A stretch of 17,132 nt of DNA, from contig JAVZLS010000019.1 of assembly GCA_038883715.1 (NCBI GenBank), forward strand, positions 1-17,132, in the 5' to 3' direction. Source of the DNA: Candidatus Bathyarchaeia archaeon. Lineage in GTDB: Archaea; Thermoproteota; Bathyarchaeia; Bathyarchaeales; Bathycorpusculaceae. This document shows, one piece after another, positions 1 to 7,221 of this stretch (the first letter of the stretch is position 1; each line of letters begins with the position of its first letter). The translations under genes and the position numbers were made by a program. A model generated the notes under the pieces. The model searched no databases. It saw only the letters and a program-made list of their open reading frames with translations, and had not been told where the DNA came from.

Positions 1-1631
1 TTTTCCCTCGCTATTTTCTTCGCCTTCTCATAACCAGCGTCCGCATGCCTAACTATGGCTGTTCCAGGGTCTGTTGTTAGAACTGTGACTATGCGTTTTT
101 CAGCCTCTTTTGTTCCGTCAGCCACCAAGCACATGCCAGCATGTATACTATAGCCTATTCCCACGCCTCCGCCGTGGTGGACGCTTACCCATGTGGCGCC
201 AGCCACAGCATTCAATAGCGCATTCAGTATGGGCCAGTCGGCTATGGCGTCGCTTCCGTCCATCATGCCCTCTGTTTCACGGTTTGGCGAGGCGACGCTT
301 CCTCCGTCCAAGTGGTCTCTTCCAATCCATACGGGGCCGGAAAGCCTCCCGCTTGCCACCATGTCGTTCATTATTTTTCCGAAGCGGGCTCTCTCTCCAA
401 AGCCCAGCCAGCAGACGCGGGCTGGCAACCCCTGAAACTTAACATGCTCTTTTGCCTTCCGTATCCATCGGCAAAGCTCCCTGTTGTAGGAGAACTCCTT
501 CAAAATGATATCGTCTAAAGTGTAGATGTCTTCGGCGCTTCCTACAAGGGATGTCCAGCGGAATGGCCCCCGTCCTTCGCAGAACATTGGCCTAATATAG
601 CGTTGAACAAAGCCTGGAAAGGCGAAGGCGTCTTTGAATCCGGCGTTGTAGGCTTGCTGGCGGAGATTGTTACCGTATTCGAAGGTTATTGCGCCTTTTT
701 CCATCATTTTAACCATGGCTTCCACTTGGGTGCGCATGCTTTGGCCGGCTCTTCGTAGATATTCTTCTGGGTCGTTTTTGCGGAGTTCATCGGCTTCCTC
801 CTTTGATAGTCCAGCTGGATAATAGCCATTCAACGGGTCGTGGGCGCTGGTTTGATCTGTCAGCACGTCTGGTATTATTCCCCTCTTCAAGAGTTCAGGG
901 TGCACCTCAGCCGCGTTTCCAAGCAGTCCAATGCTTCTTGGAATGCCTTCGCGTTTTGCTTCCAAAGCCATTTTCACAGCCTCGTCTAAATCATCTGTCC
1001 ATGTTTCCAAATAACCATGCCTTATGCGCCTGTCAATTGCGCGTTTATCTATTTCCACAACAAGCGCTACGCCCTCGTTCATTGTCACGGCTAGGGGCTG
1101 GGCTCCCCCCATTTCGCCTAAACCAGCCGTTAAGACTAGTCTGCCTCGGAGGGTTCCGCCGAAGTGTTCACGGGCTACCGCCGCCAAGGTTTCATATGTG
1201 CCTTGCAAAATGCCTTGCGTACCAATGTAAGCCCACGAGCCAGCGGTCATCTGTCCAAACATGATTAAGCCTTTCTGCTCCAGCTCGTAGAAATAGGCCC
1301 AAGTCGCCCATTTCGGCACAAGCATGGCATTAACTATTAGGGCTCGGGGCGCCCACTCGTGGGTTTTGAAGACGGCTACGGGCTTGCCGCTTTGAATAAG
1401 CATGGTTTCGTCTGGCTCCAGCTCAATGAGGGTTTCAACAATTTTTTCAAAACACTCCCAGTTGCGGGCAGCCTTGCCAGTGCCACCATAAACAATCAGC
1501 CTTTCGGGGTCTTTAGCCACTTCAGGGTCAACAACGTTAAAGAGCATTCGCAAGATTCCTTCAATCTGCCAATTCTTGCAATGCAACTCGTGGCCGGTCA
1601 AACATTTTATGGGTCTTTCCAACTTTAACAA
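1..1631 (-). CDS. hutU: Urocanate hydratase (urocanase); 3' end truncated by the window edge
   Basis: Absent from the ORF track because there is no stop in the window. Manual minus-strand translation is open down to base 1: LVYGG-like [97 protein letters not shown]. Start taken as TTG 1631 after an AGGGTGA RBS; GTG 1643 and TTG 1622 are alternatives. Confidence 0.96.
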   Translation of the reverse strand, partial: MLKLERPIKCLTGHELHCKNWQIEGILRMLFNVVDPEVAKDPERLIVYGGTGKAARNWECFEKIVETLIELEPDETMLIQSGKPVAVFKTHEWAPRALIVNAMLVPKWATWAYFYELEQKGLIMFGQMTAGSWAYIGTQGILQGTYETLAAVAREHFGGTLRGRLVLTAGLGEMGGAQPLAVTMNEGVALVVEIDKRAIDRRIRHGYLETWTDDLDEAVKMALEAKREGIPRSIGLLGNAAEVHPELLKRGIIPDVLTDQTSAHDPLNGYYPAGLSKEEADELRKNDPEEYLRRAGQSMRTQVEAMVKMMEKGAITFEYGNNLRQQAYNAGFKDAFAFPGFVQRYIRPMFCEGRGPFRWTSLVGSAEDIYTLDDIILKEFSYNRELCRWIRKAKEHVKFQGLPARVCWLGFGERARFGKIMNDMVASGRLSGPVWIGRDHLDGGSVASPNRETEGMMDGSDAIADWPILNALLNAVAGATWVSVHHGGGVGIGYSIHAGMCLVADGTKEAEKRIVTVLTTDPGTAIVRHADAGYEKAKKIARE

Positions 1632-1671
1632 GGAACTTTTCACCCTTAATCATGAAATATGTGGTTGGAGG

Positions 1672-3006
1672 TTACTCTAATCCTTTGCTGAAGAGTTTAG
1701 CTGCTTCGGCTATGGAGGCTTCCTCGTCAACAACTGTTCTGCCGTTCTTTATTACTTTGTCCACGAGGTTTACGCCGAAACGGTAGCCGAGAAAAACATG
1801 GTTTGGCGCATTCAAAATCACTATGTCCGCTTTCTTGCCAACCTCTAGGCTTCCAACTTCGCTGGCCCTTCCAATGGCATGAGCAGCGTTAATTGTGGCT
1901 GCTGTTATGGCTTCGGCTGGCGTCATCTTCATGAAGTAGCATGCAAAGGCTATGACGAGCTGCTGGTTTTCAACCCAACAACTAGGGTTAAAGTCTGTTC
2001 CCAAAGCCACTGGAATACCATAATCAATCATTTTACGAGCTTCAGCGCAACGTCCAGTCATGAGGCTGAAGGCTGCTGCTGGGAGCAGAACGGCAATAAC
2101 GCCCTTCTCAGCCATAGCCTTAAGGCCAACATCAGAAGCGAACAACAAGTGCTCGGCTGAGACTGCTTCAAGGCTGGCTGCAAGCTCAGCACCGCCCAGC
2201 TGGCTCATTTCGTCCGCGTGCACTTTTAGCCTTAAGCCGTGTTTTTTGGCGGCTGTTAGAATTTTTCTTGTCTGTTCTAAGTTGAAGACGCCTTTCTCGC
2301 AGAAAACGTCGCAGAACTCCGCCAGCCTCCTCTCGGCGACGGCTGGAATCATTTCATCAACAACTAGGCTTACGTACTCTTCCGGGTTGCTTGCGTATTC
2401 GGCTGGGATGGCGTGAGCTCCCATAAAAGTTGGAACAACGTCAACAGCGTGAAGCTGGTTTAAACGCTTAATAACCTCCAAAATCTTCAACTCATCCTTT
2501 GTTGTTAAGCCATATCCGCTCTTCGCTTCAACTGTTGTTGTGCCATATCGTAGCATAACATCTAAAGTGTTTAAGCCAAAGCCCAAAAGCTCGTCTAGGC
2601 TTGCTTTGCGGGTTTCCCTAACAGTTTTCAGTATGCCTCCGCCAGCCCTTAAAATCTCCATGTAGGAGGCGCCTTCAATCCTCATTTGGAACTCGTCTTC
2701 CCTCGAACCCGCAAAAACCAAATGCGTATGGGGGTCAACAAAGCCCGGCAGAACGGTTTTTCCGCTGGCGTTCACAATGTTTTCAGCTCTAAAGTTTTTC
2801 CTTATTTCCGAGGTTTTTCCAACGGCTAATATTTTGCCGTCTTTTATGGCCACGCATCCGTTCTTGATTATTCCAAGCTCCCGCATACGTTTGCCAGTTC
2901 TTGGCTTCTCGTTGCCGCCGGCCAATGTAATAAGCTCGCTGGCATTAACAATGAGTGTATCAGCTTTTTCCTTGGCAGCGGTCTTTCCAGTTTTAGCTTT
3001 ACTCAA
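1672..3006 (-). CDS. hutI: Imidazolonepropionase (amidohydrolase superfamily)
   Basis: Motifs PGFVDPHTH, GGGILKTV, GTTTVEAKSGYGL, HADE, GTDFNP, GSLEVGKKAD. Likely start is TTG 3006 after GGAGG, overlapping the ftcD stop; the track start at 3075 lies inside ftcD. Confidence 0.95.
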   Translation of the reverse strand: MSKAKTGKTAAKEKADTLIVNASELITLAGGNEKPRTGKRMRELGIIKNGCVAIKDGKILAVGKTSEIRKNFRAENIVNASGKTVLPGFVDPHTHLVFAGSREDEFQMRIEGASYMEILRAGGGILKTVRETRKASLDELLGFGLNTLDVMLRYGTTTVEAKSGYGLTTKDELKILEVIKRLNQLHAVDVVPTFMGAHAIPAEYASNPEEYVSLVVDEMIPAVAERRLAEFCDVFCEKGVFNLEQTRKILTAAKKHGLRLKVHADEMSQLGGAELAASLEAVSAEHLLFASDVGLKAMAEKGVIAVLLPAAAFSLMTGRCAEARKMIDYGIPVALGTDFNPSCWVENQQLVIAFACYFMKMTPAEAITAATINAAHAIGRASEVGSLEVGKKADIVILNAPNHVFLGYRFGVNLVDKVIKNGRTVVDEEASIAEAAKLFSKGLE

Positions 3007-3919
3007 ATTTTCCTCCCTTCTCAACGGCGTTTTGAATGGCCACCTCCAACACTCTATCAACCGTGAGGTTGTCAATTTTTAGGTAGTAAGACGCAACGTC
3101 AACTATCGCCTTTAGGGGCGCCATTCCACAGAACTCTGAGCCTATCACTGGCACGTTGTAGCGTTCAGTCTCTACTTTTAAGAGTTCGAAGACACGGTAT
3201 AGTGGGGTTGCTTCAAAATCGCTTATGCTCATCCCAATCTGTGTTATGTTCTTTTCTGGGATATAGGCTGCCATAGCCTTAACATTTGCAAGTCCACCTT
3301 TTTTCGAATGCAAAGCCTTAGCGATTTTCTTTGCAATTTTTAGGTCTGCTGTTCCAAGGTTTACATTGAATCCGGCCATAACCTTGCGGGCGCCAGTTAT
3401 TGTGGCTCCAGCCGTAGGGTGGGGCTTGGCTGGACCGAAGTCTGGTTTGCGCTCCGGCTTAGCCATCATTTCCGCTAGCCTCTCATATTCGCCTTCTCGT
3501 ATCCAGTCCAAGTCTCTTCTTTCCGGTTTTGTGGCGGCCTCTCCGTAAAGGTAGACTGGCACGCTGCGTTCTTGGGCTAATTTTTTGCCAAACTTTCGTG
3601 CCAGCCTTATGCAGTCTTCTGTTGTGGCGTTTTTTATTGGTATGAATGGGACAACGTCCACCGCGCCTATTCGTGGATGCTGCCCCTTATGGGTTCTCAT
3701 GTCGATGAGCTCCACAGCCCTAAAAGCCATTTTTAACATGGCTTCAAGAACGGAACGCTTATTGCCGATAAAGGAGACAACAAGCCGATTATAATAATTG
3801 TCAAAGGTGTAATCGAGCAAAAACGCTTTTTTGGTTGTTTTAAGCTCGTTTAGGATTTGTTCGACAACCTTTGGGTCTGAAGTGCTAAAATTCGGAACGC
3901 ATTCAATGATCTCCTTCAA
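2999..3919 (-). CDS. ftcD: Glutamate formiminotransferase (FT domain only, no cyclodeaminase domain)
   Basis: IIECVPNFS, IDMRTHKGQHPRIGAVDVVPF, VPVYLY, PDFGP, HPTAGATITGAR; hut context. Start TTG 3919 (alternative ATG 3949). Confidence 0.93.
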   Translation of the reverse strand: MKEIIECVPNFSTSDPKVVEQILNELKTTKKAFLLDYTFDNYYNRLVVSFIGNKRSVLEAMLKMAFRAVELIDMRTHKGQHPRIGAVDVVPFIPIKNATTEDCIRLARKFGKKLAQERSVPVYLYGEAATKPERRDLDWIREGEYERLAEMMAKPERKPDFGPAKPHPTAGATITGARKVMAGFNVNLGTADLKIAKKIAKALHSKKGGLANVKAMAAYIPEKNITQIGMSISDFEATPLYRVFELLKVETERYNVPVIGSEFCGMAPLKAIVDVASYYLKIDNLTVDRVLEVAIQNAVEKGGKFE

Positions 3920-4058
3920 TGAGTTTCCACCGCCCTCCCCTTCTATCATCCTCGGAGCCTAATTAAAGTTATTAGCAAACTCTGCCACTTTTAGAAAAGC
4001 TAAAATCGGCTTTAAATCCAAACTCTTATCCGCGCCTTGAAAACTGGTGGAGGAAGGC

Positions 4059-4667
4059 TTGACACAACGAGAGCTTGAGTTCGAAGTGCCAAAATGGAAC
4101 CAAATATATAAGATGCTCGTACAAATAGCGGAAAAAATAAGGAAAGACAATTTTAAGCCAGACGTAATTGTGGGTGTTTCCCGTGGCGGATGGCCCCCAG
4201 CAAGAGTCTTATCAGATCTCTTGGAGAATCCAAACCTCGCCAATGTTAAGGTTGAGTTCTATGTGGGTGTGGCTGAAACTAAGGGAGAGCCGACCTTAAC
4301 ACAGCCTGTTTCTGTTGATGTGGCCGGTAAAAGAGTGCTTGTTGTGGACGAGGTGGCTGACACTGGCAAAAGCCTCAAACTCATAAGGGAGCACTTGCAA
4401 AATGAGGGTGCCGTTGAGGTTAGGATTGCCGCTGTTTACCTCAAGCCATGGAGCATAATAAAGCCGGACTATTATGCTAGAGAAACAAGCCGCTGGATAG
4501 TTTTCCCATGGGAAATAAAGGAAACCATAAGAAAAATAGTCAAAAAATGCGAGGAGCAAGGCAAGTCTGTTGAAAAGGAGGTGGAAAAACTGGTGAGGGC
4601 TGGCTTGTCCCGAAGGCTTGTTAACCATTTCTTGAAAGAGATTCGCGGGGAAGAAGGGGCTTGCTGA
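4059..4667 (+). CDS. Type I purine phosphoribosyltransferase (hypoxanthine/guanine/xanthine PRTase-like)
   Basis: SRGG loop, PRPP motif VLVVDEVADTGKS, and WIVFPWE. TTG 4059 follows GGAGG (alternative GTG 4047). Substrate cannot be determined from sequence. Confidence 0.88.
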   Translation: MTQRELEFEVPKWNQIYKMLVQIAEKIRKDNFKPDVIVGVSRGGWPPARVLSDLLENPNLANVKVEFYVGVAETKGEPTLTQPVSVDVAGKRVLVVDEVADTGKSLKLIREHLQNEGAVEVRIAAVYLKPWSIIKPDYYARETSRWIVFPWEIKETIRKIVKKCEEQGKSVEKEVEKLVRAGLSRRLVNHFLKEIRGEEGAC

Positions 4668-5227
4668 GATATCTCGAAGAGTTTGGTAGACATGTGGCTA
4701 TCGCTGGCTTCAAGAATGTGAAAATAGCTAATGTTGAAGATTTTCTCGAAACTGTTAGGAAAAGTTTGACAAAAAATGTGGAAGCCCAGTTCTTCGACGC
4801 CGGGTTTGTGGCTACTTGGCAGCACTTGTATTTTGCGGCTTTAAACGCCTTGAGTGCCTTCAAAAACGGCGTTAACATTTCAAAAAGCTTAGCTGTGGAG
4901 GTGCTGCTTTATGCCTCTGCCCAGCGTCAAATTCGAAAAGCCATGAGCCTTCTCGGAGTAAAACCCAACTGTGAGGCGATTGCGGTTCTTGTTGTCGGGG
5001 AAAGGGCAGGAGATGTGAAGGCAGCCCTACAAGCCATATCAAAAATTGTTGGCGGACGGCGTGACGATGCCGTTTTGGAACTTTCACGAGAGAAGGTTGA
5101 GGCTATTCGAAAAGCCTTCGAAATTTCAGACGCGGAGCTCGAGGCAATTATGAGAGAAAACGACTTGGAGCAAGCCCTAGTTAACCTAGTCATCGAGCGT
5201 GTGGCGCTCTTGGCAACTGAGCGTTAA
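4661..5227 (+). CDS. cgi121: KEOPS complex subunit Cgi121
   Basis: QFFDA..VATWQHLYFAALNA, SLAVEVLLYASAQRQIRKA...LG and terminal ERVALL are typical of Cgi121. Overlaps the PRTase stop. Confidence 0.88.
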   Translation: MLRYLEEFGRHVAIAGFKNVKIANVEDFLETVRKSLTKNVEAQFFDAGFVATWQHLYFAALNALSAFKNGVNISKSLAVEVLLYASAQRQIRKAMSLLGVKPNCEAIAVLVVGERAGDVKAALQAISKIVGGRRDDAVLELSREKVEAIRKAFEISDAELEAIMRENDLEQALVNLVIERVALLATER

Positions 5228-5760
5228 AGCACTTTCTCCTTCACAATTGATAGAATGTCTTCCGGCTTAATCACCGAAAGCCCGGTCAACCCGCCGATAA
5301 CTTCGATTAGGAGAATCTTGTCAGGCTTGTTTAGGTCCACTTTGCGTTCAATGTTGGCTGCTGCCGCCTCAATAATGTCCCTTGTTGAGGTTTCCGTGAA
5401 GCGCTTCTCAACGGTAATCCTGAAAGTTTCGTTTTTGCCAATTTTTGAGCTTAGTTCTGTGGCTGCCCGCTGGATTTCCCCCAAATCTGTGCGGATAACC
5501 TTCTCTATTGGGATTATGCGCAGTGTATAGCGGAACTCGTAGGGGCGTTCTCGGAGAATCTGCCTAAACTTTTCAATAACTTCAAAGGGGTTGAAAGCCG
5601 TTTTTGCTGCAATTAAACCAGCCACTCCAGTCTTGTCCACAACAGGTGCCGAGTCTCCGATCTCGCCAAGCAAATACCAAAGTTCGGAGCAAGCCTCATC
5701 TTCGTTTCCTCTTGAAGTTGTGGCTAAAAGGTTGAAGTCCCTAAGCACATAACCACCCAC
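5224..5760 (-). CDS. Stand-alone THUMP-domain RNA-binding protein (Tan1-like)
   Basis: RIIPIE, ETFRITVEKR and KVDLNKPDKILLIEVIG are THUMP signatures; no catalytic domain. Alternative start GTG 5748. Stop overlaps the cgi121 stop (TTAA). Confidence 0.88.
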   Translation of the reverse strand: MGGYVLRDFNLLATTSRGNEDEACSELWYLLGEIGDSAPVVDKTGVAGLIAAKTAFNPFEVIEKFRQILRERPYEFRYTLRIIPIEKVIRTDLGEIQRAATELSSKIGKNETFRITVEKRFTETSTRDIIEAAAANIERKVDLNKPDKILLIEVIGGLTGLSVIKPEDILSIVKEKVL

Positions 5761-5767
5761 TATAAGT

Positions 5768-5840
5768 TTTGGTCAGTGCAGGTTGGTTGGCTTTTCACAG
5801 CTTTGGAAGGCTCCTAGCCGTCGCCTCACATCATCCCAAA
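5768..5840 (-). ncRNA. Candidate box C/D 2'-O-methylation guide sRNA
   Basis: Minus strand reads TTTGG-G-ATGATGT (box C, 1 mismatch, 5834-5828) ... CTGA (box D, 5776-5773)-CCAAA, giving a 5-bp terminal stem. Degenerate D' (AGGA) and C' (CTGTGA). TATA-like GATAAAT at 5868-5862. Confidence 0.6.
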
Positions 5841-5946
5841 TATTACTCTCCATAAACATGGATTTATCTGTTTTGATGGTTCATAAGGATTAGGCTTAAA
5901 TTTATGGGCGTAGACTCTATCTTTCTAAAGTTCGGGGGAAGGGCAA

Positions 5947-6900
5947 ACGCCAAAACCCGTAATCGTTGTTCATGGCGGCGCTGGAAACTGGCAGCCTGAA
6001 CGCATAAACCCGGGACTTGAGGGCGTAAAAAAGGCGGCTAAAACAGGCTTTGACATTTTGGCTAAGGGTGGAAGTGCCCTTGACGCTGTTGTTGAGGCCG
6101 TCGCCGTTATGGAGGATGAAGGCGTCTTCAATGCTGGTTATGGTTCAAGCCTAACAATAGAGAAGACCGTGGAGATGGAAGCCTCAGTCATGGATGGAAA
6201 AACTTTGAAGGCTGGGGCTGCCGGGCTCTTGCGGGACATTAGGAATCCGGTTAGGCTTGCAAGAATTGTTATGGAGAAGACAGACCACGTCTTCATCGTC
6301 GGCGAAGGAGCAGAAAAGCTCGCAAAACTTTTCAACCTTGAAAGGCGGAACCCGCTTACGGAGCTCCGCCTAAAATATTATGAGCAGGCGAAGCAAGCCC
6401 TCCTGGATGGCAAGTTTGAACTGCCAAAACTTGCAGAACTGGTTAAAAGTCATCCAGAGCTTTTCGACCTTGAAACGGTTGGCGCTGTTGCCTTGGATTT
6501 GGAGGGAAACGTTGCAGCTGCCACATCCACAGGCGGTTTTCCATTGAAGATTCCTGGAAGGATTGGCGACTCGCCCTTGATTGGATGTGGCACCTACGCC
6601 GATAATAGGAGTGGTGCTTGTTCCGCCACAGGCGTTGGCGAAATCGCCATAAGGCTTGTTTTGGCGAAGACCGTTTGCAACTACATGGAGAGCGGCAAAA
6701 CCGCACAGGAGGCTGTTGAAGCCGCCATAAGACTTGTTAATGAGCGGATGGCTGGAACCTACAACTCCATGGGTTTAATCGCCGTGGACAAGCAGGGAGA
6801 AATTGGAGCCGCCCACAACTCTAAACATTTATGTTGGGCTTATCTTAAACCTCGAATGCAGGAGCCGGAAGCGGCATTAACGGCAAAAATTCTGAAGTAA
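5947..6900 (+). CDS. iaaA: Isoaspartyl peptidase / L-asparaginase (Ntn hydrolase, plant-type)
   Basis: PVIVVHGGAG (in frame upstream of the track start at 6058), FNAGYGS, EMEASVMDG, catalytic ETVGAVA, TSTGG, GRIGDSP, GCGTYA, TGVGE. The start appears to be ACG at 5947. Confidence 0.92.
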   Translation, partial: TPKPVIVVHGGAGNWQPERINPGLEGVKKAAKTGFDILAKGGSALDAVVEAVAVMEDEGVFNAGYGSSLTIEKTVEMEASVMDGKTLKAGAAGLLRDIRNPVRLARIVMEKTDHVFIVGEGAEKLAKLFNLERRNPLTELRLKYYEQAKQALLDGKFELPKLAELVKSHPELFDLETVGAVALDLEGNVAAATSTGGFPLKIPGRIGDSPLIGCGTYADNRSGACSATGVGEIAIRLVLAKTVCNYMESGKTAQEAVEAAIRLVNERMAGTYNSMGLIAVDKQGEIGAAHNSKHLCWAYLKPRMQEPEAALTAKILK

Positions 6901-7007
6901 ACCTTTTAAAATATGGGCGTGTAATCAAGGAGGTTTCTCGACAGCAGTCGAAAGAAAATGCTTAAAGCAGTCTTTTGAGGCTCTCACTATGCCAAGCCCA
7001 CGGTTAT

Positions 7008-7016
7008 GGGAGGTGA
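7008..7016 (+). promoter_or_regulatory. Strong Shine-Dalgarno GGGAGGTGA for the acidic micropeptide
   Basis: Near-perfect archaeal SD immediately upstream of ATG 7019. Confidence 0.75.
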
Positions 7017-7018
7017 AA

Positions 7019-7093
7019 ATGGTGTTCGAGGAAGAAGAGGAATGGGAAGAGGAAGACTGGGAAGAAGAAGAGTGGGAAGAAGAGGAATGGTAA
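7019..7093 (+). CDS. 24-aa hyper-acidic Glu/Trp repeat peptide MVFEEEEEWEEEDWEEEEWEEEEW, function unknown
   Basis: ATG...TAA with a strong SD. Four 15-nt repeats differ only at third codon positions. A T-rich tract follows. An in-frame ATG at 6989 is an alternative start. Confidence 0.75.
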   Translation: MVFEEEEEWEEEDWEEEEWEEEEW

Positions 7094-7112
7094 AAACCTT
7101 GAAGGAGTTTAT

Positions 7113-7132
7113 GTTTCCCTCGTTTTCTTTTT
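7113..7132 (+). terminator. Putative archaeal oligo-T terminator after the micropeptide gene
   Basis: Pyrimidine/T-rich run gtttccctcgttttcttttt. Confidence 0.45.
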
Positions 7133-7221
7133 AACCCGAAAAGTTTTTAGCACCGCGCCAATCTGATTTTAGGCTCATATTTATGTTGTGAGACACATAA
7201 CTAGATAGTTGCTGGTAAACT

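Noticed and set aside
110-1628. Plus-strand ORFs over hutU, and the many other antisense or alternative-frame ORFs in the track
   Set aside because: They are shadows of well-supported genes and carry no motifs or RBS of their own.
3007-3075. N-terminal extension of HutI in the track (MTTSRLIECW...)
   Set aside because: It lies inside ftcD; TTG 3006 has a good SD.
5773-5859. 28-aa minus-strand ORF MFMESNIWDDVRRRLGAFQSCEKPTNLH
   Set aside because: No RBS, and it starts immediately next to the putative TATA box. The C/D sRNA explains the region better.
5904-5999. ATG 5904 short ORF as a programmed-frameshift start for the asparaginase
   Set aside because: The ATG overlaps the TATA element, so it is probably not transcribed, and there is no convincing slippery site. 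ACG 5947 is simpler.
7031-7090. 15-nt tandem repeats as a CRISPR array or non-coding satellite
   Set aside because: There are no spacers, and variation is confined to wobble positions within an ORF that has an SD.
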